A stretch of 9,907 bases of DNA from Octopus sinensis (taxonomy: Eukaryota), in the NCBI RefSeq assembly GCF_006345805.1, contig NW_021827772.1, positions 1-9,907 of the forward strand, in the 5' to 3' direction. The translations under genes were made by a program, and so were the position numbers. Shown one piece after another: positions 1 through 8,139 of this stretch. The stretch's first letter is position 1. Each line of letters begins with the position of its first letter. A model generated the notes under the pieces. That model searched no databases, was not told where the DNA came from, and saw only the letters and a program-made list of their open reading frames with translations.

Positions 1-587
1 TAACTCAAATCCTGGAGAGGTAAGACACAACCACCATATAGCAAAAAACAAAAGTAAAATCTAGCCCAGTCACGTGATACATGGAAAACAATACCCCGGT
101 TAAATAGATGTAATTAAATTAATTAAATAAAATGTAAAAAATTAACCCTAGACACCAACAATTATGACTAACACACCTAGTAAATAATTAAGAAATTAAT
201 GAAAATTATACTATCGATTCAAGTTCTCACAATTAATAATATAAATTAAAAATAAATAAATGAATTTACTTACTGATAAACATATGAATGAAAAATAAGT
301 ATACATACACCTATAACGGTTTCTTTGTTTCAAACATCCTAACACGCATACACACACATAAAATCAACGAACACTGCCATTTTAGTCTGTTGATGAACGT
401 TCAATGTATTAGGATGTAAAAAGAAATGTGTCAATTTTGCTCCGAAGAAATATCTACCTTCGTTATTTCAAATGTAATTTTTAATAGTAATTTGAATGAA
501 GATAGATATGAAAACAATTGTAGGCTTATATAAATGACAAAATGTAAATAAATTGATAATATTCTGTTTAAAATCTCCATTTTCTTT

Positions 588-721
588 ATGATATATATAT
601 ATAGACATACATATACATATATGTATGTATATGTATGTATATATGTATATATGTATATACATACACACATGCATATATACATATATATATACACATATAT
701 ATGTATGTATGTATGCATATA
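588..721. repeat. Compound (TA)n/(CATA)n/(TATG)n microsatellite
   Basis: Directly visible alternating TA/CA/TG runs; explains ORFs 431..718, 468..755 and 625..834. Confidence 0.95.
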
Positions 722-879
722 AATATGCTAGCAAAAACTGTTCGATGAACGGCAACGGGAAACTCAGAGTAACAGGTTTTGTTGAATGTTCTGCTGCTTT
801 AAATAAAGCATATTACTCTACCACTGGTATTTGAGTACTCTTTTTTCCTCCTTGTTTCACATTTATGTGTTTACTCCGG
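722..879 (+). mobile_element. Short microsatellite-flanked element carrying a hammerhead-like motif; candidate Penelope-like terminal-repeat remnant
   Basis: Complex-sequence island between two TA-rich tracts; hammerhead-like motif at 733-780 followed by AATAAA at 802-807 and a T-rich 3' part. Penelope assignment is inferred from architecture only. Confidence 0.5.
733..780 (+). ncRNA. Minimal type I hammerhead ribozyme-like motif (variant core)
   Basis: Stem I CTGT(738-741)/ACAG(772-775), extendable by AAAA/TTTT; core TCGATGA(742-748) versus canonical CUGANGA; stem II (A)CG-GCAA-CG(G) at 749-758 with a GNRA tetraloop; GAAA(759-762); quasi-palindromic stem III ACTC-A-GAGT(762-770); cleavage triplet GTA(769-771). 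All parts are in the correct order and register. Confidence 0.7.
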
Positions 880-892
880 TATATATATATAC

Positions 893-944
893 GGTGCATC
901 AGCATGGCCGCAGCTCTGAGCTGAAACTAGAAAAAAAAAAAAAA
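893..944 (+). mobile_element. Severely 5'-truncated retroposon 3' tail with poly(A), inserted in (TA)n
   Basis: GGTGCATCAGCATGGCCGCAG...TGAAAC plus an A-run closely matches the family B tail at 6327-6361; TA tracts on both sides (880-891, 945-960). Confidence 0.75.
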
Positions 945-1059
945 TATATATATATATATACAGTGATACAGTGATTTCGATTACTGAGATTCCCGTTTGT
1001 ATGTCCATGTAACTACTTAATTTGGATATACTAATTCAGACAGGATTAGATTGGGTTGT

Positions 1060-1125
1060 GACTTTGGTGCAATGGTTAGCACAGCGAGAGGGTTCACAGC
1101 AACCTTAGCGTTCAAATCCTGCAAA
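1060..1125 (+). mobile_element. Degenerate tRNA-derived SINE head (Pol III A/B boxes)
   Basis: A-box-like TGGTGCAATGG(1065-1075) followed by TTAGC, and B-box-like GTTCAAATCC(1110-1119) at tRNA-like spacing; no intact cloverleaf seen. Confidence 0.45.
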
Positions 1126-1199
1126 GTAAGCCAAACATTTTTGTCTCCTTTTTTCTATATTAAGTACATATTCATATATACATATCTATGCGTATATGC

Positions 1200-1223
1200 A
1201 TGTGTGTGTGTGTGTGTGTGTGT
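1200..1223. repeat. (TG)n microsatellite
   Basis: Visible perfect TG run. Confidence 0.95.
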
Positions 1224-1571
1224 CCTGTCTGTCTCTATGTATGTATACTTTCTCACTGGTAATTTCTACCCCGTATATAGCACAATTGTAATTCTCTTTA
1301 TCCCAAAGAAATTGAACTCATATAGGATATAATTTAGGTACTCAGCTATGAGTCCCCTGCATCTTATTGCAGGAACAGTTGTAAGCTAATGAAGTTCATA
1401 GCAAAACCATCGTTTTTCCTGTTATATACATAGATATATACGTATGGAAGGTGCGATAAGGATTTTATAGACTCCCGAGAATTTCTGAACACGCAGGCGA
1501 AACTTCAGGGTAGCGGGATCCTGACTTGTCCAAGATAAAAAATAATAACCGCTACTATGGTATTGCGTGCT

Positions 1572-1791
1572 AGCAGAATCGTTAGCACGTCGGGCGAAAT
1601 GCTTAGCGGTATTTCGGCTGCCGTTACGTTGTGAGTTCAAATTCCGCCGAGGTCGACTTTGCCTTTCATCCTTTCGGGGTCGATAAATTAAGTACCAGTT
1701 AAGCACTGGGGTCGATATAATCGACTTAATACCTATATCTGTCCATGTTTGTCTCCTCTATGTTTAGCCCCTTGTGGGTAATAAAGAAATA
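1572..1791 (+). mobile_element. Family A tRNA-derived SINE (tail type C) with 13-bp TSD
   Basis: Head AGCAGAATCGTTAGCACG, B box GAGTTCAAATTCC, body GCCTTTCATCCTTTCGGGGTCGATAAATTAAGTACCAG; near-identical to 3236-3438; flanked by GGTATTGCGTGCT at 1559-1571 and 1792-1804. Confidence 0.92.
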
Positions 1792-2059
1792 GGTATTGCG
1801 TGCTCTTTATTCCGTCAGTCAACACTGAATGTATCTATGTATCCTCACACACACACACACACCACACACACATATGTACGTTTATGAATGTCTTGCAAGA
1901 TTCCTGATGTGAAATCGTTTGTTGAAGCAGCTATTTCTGTATTTCGGGATGGTCATTTTTTTTTGCCAAATAAGCACAATCACTATATATTTGTTCTTCA
2001 CTTGTCTACTTTTGTCACACATCTGTGACCTCTTCAGCGACACGTTTTGTTGCATAGGT

Positions 2060-2132
2060 TTATATATATATATATATATATATATACGTGTATAGATACG
2101 CATACACACACACACACATATATATATATATA
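2060..2132. repeat. (TA)n/(CA)n compound microsatellite
   Basis: Visible runs. Confidence 0.9.
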
Positions 2133-2495
2133 GCGTCTTGTTGGTATTCATTACTAACACTCACCGACAGACAGAAATACAATGACGATCAGACAAAAAA
2201 AAAAAACACTGACAAACAGACAGACGGGTGAAAGAAGAGACGGTGTGGGAACAAAAGGTGAGAGGACCCAATGTCATAGAATATTCACAGGATGAAAAAG
2301 GAACCTGTGTCTATGAAACCGTGGGAACTTTATGGCATCCGGTGGCTGCGAGGGAGAATCGGGTATAATTCATTGATTAATTTAAATCTATGTTGATGAG
2401 GGTATCTGCACCTGAGAGTTTTCACTTACTGTTTGTGGGGTGCATTAATATCGAAGTGTTATCAGTCTATCTGTCTAATCTTTCTCCTTTTTTTC

Positions 2496-2501
2496 TATCT
2501 A

Positions 2502-2558
<57 letters not shown>

Positions 2559-2695
2559 GTCTGTCTTTCTGTTTATCTGCCTATCTGTCTGTCTATATAT
2601 ATATATGTATATGTATATATATAATATAATTATTAATATATATATATATATATATACATATACTTGCGTCTGTGTAATTATCTACCTAACACTCC

Positions 2696-2770
<75 letters not shown>
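2496..2770. repeat. Two (TATC)n tetranucleotide arrays (~2496-2558, ~2697-2770) separated by a (TA)-rich tract
   Basis: Visible perfect TATC runs; explains the 'IYLS' ORFs. Confidence 0.95.
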
Positions 2771-3019
2771 CCCCACACTCTCTCCATTAATGCAGAACAG
2801 TACTGAACAATATTAAAACAGGCTGAGGATAGAAAACTTCTTACATTTTAAAAGCCATTGGAGAGGCACTTATAAATTATGAAGGTCATAATAGTATTTC
2901 CATGCTGTTAATGCATTATGGTGTTTTTCGTTTTGCTATTATCTGGGTTCAGCTCGAATGGTGAATCTAAGAAATTTTGTCGTACCCTGTAGTAATAATA
3001 AAAGATCCTAATAATGACC

Positions 3020-3210
3020 CCTTTCAGTTATTGACCTCAAATGTTGGGGGAGAAGGCAAGGCGATAACATCAACCCCCGTGCTCAACTACTCCTCATTTC
3101 ATCGAGGTAGAAAGGCAAAGTCAATCACAGTAAGATTTAAGGTCAGAACGTATTAAGTGGGAAGAAATACCGCAAAGCACTTTGTCCGGCTTGCTAACGA
3201 TTCTCTGCCT
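3020..3210 (-). mobile_element. Degenerate family A SINE
   Basis: Reverse-complement matches: AAAGGCAAAGTCAA, TCAGAACGTA, GAAATACCGCAAAGCACTTTGTCCGGCTTGCTAACGATTCT. Confidence 0.75.
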
Positions 3211-3235
3211 TAATAGCAACAATAATAATAGTAGA

Positions 3236-3604
3236 GCGGTGAGCTGATAGAATCGTTAGCACGCCGGACGAAATGCGTTCTGAGTTCAAATTCCGCCGAG
3301 TTTGACTTTGCCTTTCATCCTTTCGGGGTCGATAAATTAAGTACCAGTTACGCACTGGGGTTGATGTAATCGACTTAATCCGTTTGTCTGTCCTTGTTTG
3401 TCCCCTCTATGTTTAGCCCCTTGTGGGTAGTAAACAATAGGTATTTTGTCTGTCTTTACGTTCTGAGTTCAAATTCCGCCGAGGTCGACTTTTCCTTTCG
3501 GGGTCGATAAACTAAGTACCAGTTACGTACTGGAATCGATCTAATCGACTGGTTCCTTCTCAGATATTTCGGGCCTTGTGCCTAGAGTAGAAAAGCATAA
3601 TAAT
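3236..3604 (+). mobile_element. Dimeric family A SINE (monomer 1 ~3236-3438 tail C; headless monomer 2 ~3439-3595 tail A)
   Basis: Two tandem copies of GTTCTGAGTTCAAATTCCGCCGAG...GGGGTCGATAAA.TAAGTACCAGTTACG.ACTGG; begins GCGGTGAGCTG, ends GCCTTGTGCCTAGAGTAGAAAAG plus (ATA)n. Confidence 0.92.
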
Positions 3605-3616
3605 ACTTTCAAATAA

Positions 3617-3813
3617 GGCGGTGAGATTTCAGAATTAGCAGCATTTCGTCCGTCCTTACGTTCTGAGTTCAAATGTCACTAATGATCACTTTGCCTTTCA
3701 TCCTTTCGAGGTCGATAAAATAAGTCCCAGGCGAGTACTATGGTCAATGGAATTGATTTACCCCAACCCCGTAAATTGCTGACCTTCTGTCAAAATTTGA
3801 AATCAATAATAAT
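3617..3813 (+). mobile_element. Family A SINE, diverged, tail type B
   Basis: GGCGGTGAG head, GTTCTGAGTTCAAAT B box, CTTTGCCTTTCATCCTTTCGAGGTCGATAAAATAAGT body, tail AAATTGCTGACCTTCTGTCAAAATTTGAAATC plus (AAT)n. Confidence 0.85.
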
Positions 3814-3835
3814 TTCAAGTACAGTTATAAGTATA

Positions 3836-3898
3836 GGACGAAATGCTACTAAGCGTTTATTGCTCGATGTGCCGACAATTTTGACAGTTCACTGCCTT
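3836..3898 (-). mobile_element. Degenerate family A head fragment
   Basis: GGACGAAATGCTACTAAGC...CAGTTCACTGCCTT resembles the reverse complement of the family A 5' end. Confidence 0.55.
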
Positions 3899-3905
3899 AT
3901 TGCTA

Positions 3906-4100
3906 ATCGTTTCAAATTTTGTCACAAGGCCAGCAATTTTTTGAGGTGTGGGGTAAGGGGTTAGTCGGTTATATTGAGCTCAGTTCTCCACTGGTACTTA
4001 TTCTATCGACCCCACAAAGGATAAACGGCAACGTCAACTGAATTTTCAAGTACGAACTTAATGCTGCAAAACGTTTTGCCCGGTGTGCTAACGACTTCTT
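3906..4100 (-). mobile_element. Family A SINE, diverged, tail type B
   Basis: GTTTCAAATTTTGTCACAAGGCCAGCAATTT (rc tail B), ACTGGTACTTATTCTATCGACCCC, TTTGCCCGGTGTGCTAACGA (rc head). Confidence 0.82.
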
Positions 4101-4118
4101 GATAACAATAATTATAAG

Positions 4119-4280
4119 CCTTTCTACTCTTGACATAAAGCCTGAAATTCGGAGGAGTGAGTAGTCGACTACATCGACTCCAGTGCGTAACTGGTACAAA
4201 TTTTATCGATTCCGAAAGGATGAAAGACAAAGTCGACCTCGGCGGAATTTGAACTCAGACCGTACTGACGGACGAAATAC
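4119..4280 (-). mobile_element. Headless family A monomer, tail type A
   Basis: rc match to 3439-3595, including AAAGTCGACCTCGGCGGAATTTGAACTCAGA; stops at GAAATAC. Confidence 0.88.
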
Positions 4281-4285
4281 ATTTA

Positions 4286-4501
4286 TTTTCTACTCTAGGC
4301 ACAAGGCCCGAAATTTTGGGAGAGGGGTCAGTCGATTTGATCGACCCCAGTACGCAACTGATATTTAATTAATCGACGCCGAATGGATGAAATGCAAAGT
4401 CGACCTCGGCGGAATTTGAACTCAGAACGTAACGGCAGATGAAATACTGCTAAGGCTAAGTATTTCGTCCGGCGTGCAAACCATTCTACTAGCACGTCGC
4501 C
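4286..4501 (-). mobile_element. Full-length family A SINE, tail type A
   Basis: TTTTCTACTCTAGGCACAAGGCCCGAAAT (rc tail A) through TATTTCGTCCGGCGTGCAAACCATTCT...CGCC (rc head). Confidence 0.9.
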
Positions 4502-4589
4502 AATTCTGTCTTTTAAACACGACGAGGTTTCAAAGAGACTTGGCTGCAATTTCTAGTAGAGCCAGTGACCACATAGGTATATCTTGTCT

Positions 4590-4730
4590 GTTGTTAATGT
4601 AAATATTGATAGCATTATTGCGATTGTTATCGTTATTTTTGTTAGTTGTGGTTGTCGTCGATGTAGTTATTGCGTTTGTGGTTGTTGTTATTGCGGTTGT
4701 TATGTTTGTTGTTGTTGTTGTTGTTTTAGT
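4590..4730. repeat. Degenerate (GTT)n low-complexity tract
   Basis: Visible GTT/ATT triplet runs. Confidence 0.85.
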
Positions 4731-5024
4731 AATTGACTGAAAGAAAATTTTTGTTTTTACTTTATATATTTATTATTATTCTTTTTTTTTTCTGGATGAC
4801 TTAATTTTTCTTTCTTCTTTCTTTTTTTCTCACTAATTTTCAAATTAAGGGTCGGCGTAAAAATAATTAAAAACGGTGTTTAATAGGGAACACGAAATAA
4901 ATAGGGATCTTCCTCCCATTTCCTCCTACATGGTAGCTGGCATAGGAGGGGCAAGTCAACTTTTAAAGGATCGGCGTAATGGAGGCAGGAGGGGGTGAGA
5001 TGGTAGGGGGGGAGTAACAATGAT

Positions 5025-5410
5025 GCTAGTGGTGGGTGGGGGTGGCGCTGGCGGTGGTAGTGATGGTTGTAGTAGAGGTAATCTTAGAGATTATGGTGGT
5101 GGTTGTGTTGGTGACGGTGGCAACGGTTATGGTGGTGGTGGTAGTGGAGGTGGCGGACACGGCGGTGGTACTCGTAGTGTTGGTTGCGGTGACTGTGGAG
5201 GAGGCAGTTGCGCTAATTCTGGTGGCGGAGATACTGGGTGTTGTGGCGGTTGTAGTTGTAGCGGTTGTGGTGATGGTAGAGTGGTAGTGGTGGTGTGGTG
5301 GTGGTGGTGGTGGTGGTGCTGCTGCTGCTGCCGCTGATGACAGAGGTAGTGATTTGGTGGTGGCAGTTGTGGGACTATGTATGGTTGCGGCGGTGGCGGC
5401 GGCAGTGGTG
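5025..5410. repeat. Degenerate (GGT)n/(GGC)n trinucleotide low-complexity tract
   Basis: Visible; gives the poly-G/V/W ORFs. Confidence 0.9.
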
Positions 5411-5504
5411 TTATTGCCTTAATTGTTTGGGATTTTTATTAGATCAAGAGGTTTGGTTGACATATGTTTTGGCAGTGGTTGCGGTGAGAGGAGTGAAGGA
5501 TGCA

Positions 5505-5518
5505 ATAGCAGTAGCAGT

Positions 5519-5589
<71 letters not shown>
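5505..5589. repeat. (AGC)n-(AGT)n compound trinucleotide microsatellite
   Basis: Visible perfect runs; gives poly-S/L/V ORFs. Confidence 0.95.
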
Positions 5590-5788
5590 AAGTAAAGTGT
5601 ACCACGAGACAGTGATCAGCATTGTTGTTGTTGTTATTAACATTGGTGCCATGTTGTGGTTTAACCTTAAGTGGGGCTCTTACCGAGAAGACTTATAGAG
5701 CAAAGGTATTCCAAATCTGACCATCACGTCTTTCGTGTGCAAGAATAGTACGCTTGAGATTTCATAATGAGTTTGTGTGTTTATACCT

Positions 5789-5790
<2 letters not shown>

Positions 5791-5819
<29 letters not shown>
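5791..5819. repeat. (GT)n microsatellite
   Basis: Visible perfect run. Confidence 0.95.
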
Positions 5820-5992
5820 ATTTTGAGGTAGTCTTAGCTGTTGACTCTAACAGGTCGATCAACGACCTCCAGGTGTTTGGATGCTGGTTGTGTTTGGTAG
5901 AGTCGGTAATTAGTGAGAACATGGTGCTTGTTACCAAGCAATGCTCATTCGCGAGTGATGGTTGGCTCTTTAACTAGTGGTGCGTTGTGGAA

Positions 5993-6033
5993 GGTATCTA
6001 GTCGGCTGCGTAGATTCTGAGTTCAAGTCCGCC
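5993..6033 (+). mobile_element. Small degenerate family A fragment (B-box region)
   Basis: GGTATCTAGTCGGCTGCGTAGATTCTGAGTTCAAGTCCGCC resembles GGTATTTCGGCTGCCGTTACGTTCTGAGTTCAAATTCCGCC. Confidence 0.5.
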
Positions 6034-6099
6034 TTGTTACTGTAAACTGGTGATAATTCTGTCAGGTGGACCGACAGGTAGATAATATGAGCAATTTGA

Positions 6100-6388
6100 G
6101 AGAGCTTGCTTTTCAACCACATTGGTTCCAGGCTCAGTCCCACTGCGTGGAACCTTCAGCAAGTGTCTTCTACTATGTGTTTGTCCACCATCACCGCTTG
6201 ATAACCAGTGTTGTTGTGTTTACGTCCCCATAACTTAGCAGTTCAGCAAAAGAGAATGATAGAATAAGTACTAGACTTTAAAAATAAGCCATGGGTCGAT
6301 TTGTTCGACTAAAACCCCTCAAAGCAGTGCTCCAGCATGGCCGCAGTCAAATGACCGAAACAAATAAAAGAATAAAAGAATAAAGAAT
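6100..6388 (+). mobile_element. Family B tRNA-derived, CORE-like SINE (5' end eroded)
   Basis: B-box-like GGCTCAGTCCC(6131-6141); ACCTTCAGCAAGTGTCTT(6152-6169) resembles the CORE-domain start ACCTTGGGCAAGT; tail GTGCTCCAGCATGGCCGCAGTCAAATGACCGAAAC then (AATAAAAG)n; second copy on the minus strand at 9075-9256. Confidence 0.85.
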
Positions 6389-6529
6389 GAACTAAATAGA
6401 ACAGGAGGTGACACATGAGATGGAGAGTCGCTGAAGAGGTCATAGATTGTGTGACGAAAGATTTCCCGACAAACTGACATTAAAATATAAAAATCGATAT
6501 ATACAGTTTCTTTGACCCGATCGGTTATC

Positions 6530-6920
6530 GATTACCACCACAATGTCACCACCACCCCAACCAACGCGTCACAATCACCACCAATAATATCCTTCTCTAC
6601 TCTAGGCACAAGGCTCGAAATTTTGGGGAGGGGGCCAGTCGATTAAATTGACCCCAGTACGCAACTGGTACTTAATTTATCGACCCCGAAAGGATGAACG
6701 GCAAAGTCGATCACCACCAACAATATCACCATCATCAACACTCCACCACTAACAACAATGTCACGCCACCGTTACCGCCATACACCCCACTGACAACATC
6801 ACACCTTCATTACCACCACTACTGCCGACGTCACCACCACCACCATCACCATCACCACAATATTCCCAACACTGTCACCGTCACGCCATTAACACCACTG
6901 TTAGGTCACCTCCACCGCCA
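6530..6920. repeat. Degenerate (CAC)n/(CAT)n tract interrupted by a SINE
   Basis: Visible CAC-rich triplets; gives poly-His ORF 6694..6954. Confidence 0.85.
6592..6709 (-). mobile_element. 5'-truncated family A SINE (tail A) with 18-bp TSD
   Basis: rc body and tail A; flanked by ATCACCACCAATAATATC(6574-6591) and ATCACCACCAACAATATC(6710-6727), one mismatch. Confidence 0.9.
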
Positions 6921-6948
6921 CGTTTCATTACCTCTGCTTGAGTGCGGT

Positions 6949-6983
6949 GGTTAAGGTAACAAGGGTTAAGGTAACAAGGGTTA
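6949..6983. repeat. 15-bp tandem duplication GGTTAAGGTAACAAG x2.3
   Basis: Units at 6949-6963 and 6964-6978, partial unit 6979-6983. Confidence 0.9.
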
Positions 6984-6989
6984 CGTGCC

Positions 6990-6992
<3 letters not shown>

Positions 6993-7024
<32 letters not shown>

Positions 7025-7566
7025 CGTGAGTGCGTTTCAGTGTGTGTGTACGTGCGTTTCAGTGTGTGTGTGTCAGTGTATGAATGTGTGTGTGTCTGTA
7101 TGTGTTTCTCTGTGTATGTGTGTGTGTGTGTATGTGTGTGAGAGAGGGAGAGAAAGACTTGTCTCTCAGAGAGAGAGAGTATTGTGTGAATACGTGAATG
7201 TGTGCGTGAGCGTGTATGTGATCGTGTGTGTGTGTGCGTGTGTGTGTGTGTGTGCGAGTGCTAGTGTGTGTATGTGTACATGTAGGAGACAGACAGACAG
7301 ACAGATAGACAGACAGAGAGTATGTGTATATGTGAGTGTGCGTGCGAGTGTGTGTGAGTACGTGAATGTGCGCGTGAGTATATGTATGAGCATATACGTG
7401 ACCATGTATGTGTATGTGTATGTGTGTGTGTATGTGTGTGCATGTGTGTGTATGTGTGTGTATGTGTGTGTATGTATGTGTATGTGTGTGTATGTGCATG
7501 TATGTGTGTGTATGTGTATGCGTGTGTGTGTGTATATGTGTGTGTATGTGTGTGTGTGTGTGTGTG
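6993..7566. repeat. Long compound (TG)n/(TGTA)n/(AG)n/(ACAG)n microsatellite region
   Basis: About 570 bp of visible TG-dominated repeats; explains the 193-aa and 180-aa CV/HT ORFs. Confidence 0.95.
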
Positions 7567-7569
7567 AAT

Positions 7570-7777
7570 ATTAGTTTCAAATTTTGGCACAAGGCCATCA
7601 ACTTATATGAAGCGGATAAGTCGATTCCATTGACCCCCAGTACTCTACTGGTATTTAGTTTATCGACCCCGAATGGATGAAAGGCAAAGTCAACCTCGAC
7701 GGAATTTGATCTCAGAACGTAAAGACAGACTAAACGCCGCTAAGCATTATGTCCGACATACTAACGATTCTGCCGCC
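7570..7777 (-). mobile_element. Family A SINE, tail type B
   Basis: GTTTCAAATTTTGGCACAAGGCC (rc tail B), TTTATCGACCCCGAATGGATGAAAGGCAAAGTCAACCTCG, CTAACGATTCTGCC (rc head). Confidence 0.88.
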
Positions 7778-7849
7778 ACGCAGAATGAGACATGTATGTG
7801 TGTGGGGGGTGGGGGTGAATAAGTAACGTGAATAGTTACGGCGATGTGC

Positions 7850-7985
7850 ATTCTGATTTCGAACCCTGCTGAGGTCAACTTTGTCTTTTACCCCTCCAGG
7901 GCCGATAGAATAAAGTAACAGTGAAGCACTAGGAGCCATATCAGCAGTTATTTCTCTCACACTAAATGTCTGGCCCAACTTAGGT
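7850..7985 (+). mobile_element. Highly degenerate family A SINE
   Basis: TTCTGATTTCGAACCCTGCTGAGGTCAACTTTGTCTTTTACCCCTCCAGGGCCGATAGAATAAAGTAACAGTGAAGCACTAGG aligns by eye with the family A body. Confidence 0.7.
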
Positions 7986-8139
7986 GTGATGGCCATGGTC
8001 GAATTCATGGAAGGATTCGGTGTAGTGTCTACGGTAATAGAGGTTGTGTGTGTGTGTGTGTTTGTCTATTTGCGCGTATGCGTGAATAGTGATGGTGACG
8101 CTGGAGGTAACCAGTAAGAAAAGTGGGCGGGGCGTATGT

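Noticed and set aside
2393-2430. Hammerhead-like TTGATGA-GGGT/ACCT-GAGA
   Set aside because: GAGA replaces the required GAAA, position 3 is variant, and no stem I pairing could be found.
1422-4368. Recurrent peptide RKDERQSRPRRNLNS in ORFs 1422..1706 and 4183..4368 as a gene family
   Set aside because: It is the antisense translation of the family A SINE body.
3236-4501. CRISPR-like array of repeated palindromic units
   Set aside because: Units are 150-220 bp SINE copies in both orientations with no regular spacers, in a eukaryotic context.
5020-5337. Gly/Cys-rich structural protein exon
   Set aside because: Degenerate GGT repeat that is open in several frames; similar tracts recur at 6530-6920 (reverse) and 8140-8575 with no splice or codon evidence.
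6949-6983. Interstitial telomeric repeat
   Set aside because: Only a 15-bp local duplication containing GGTTA; no tandem TTAGGG.
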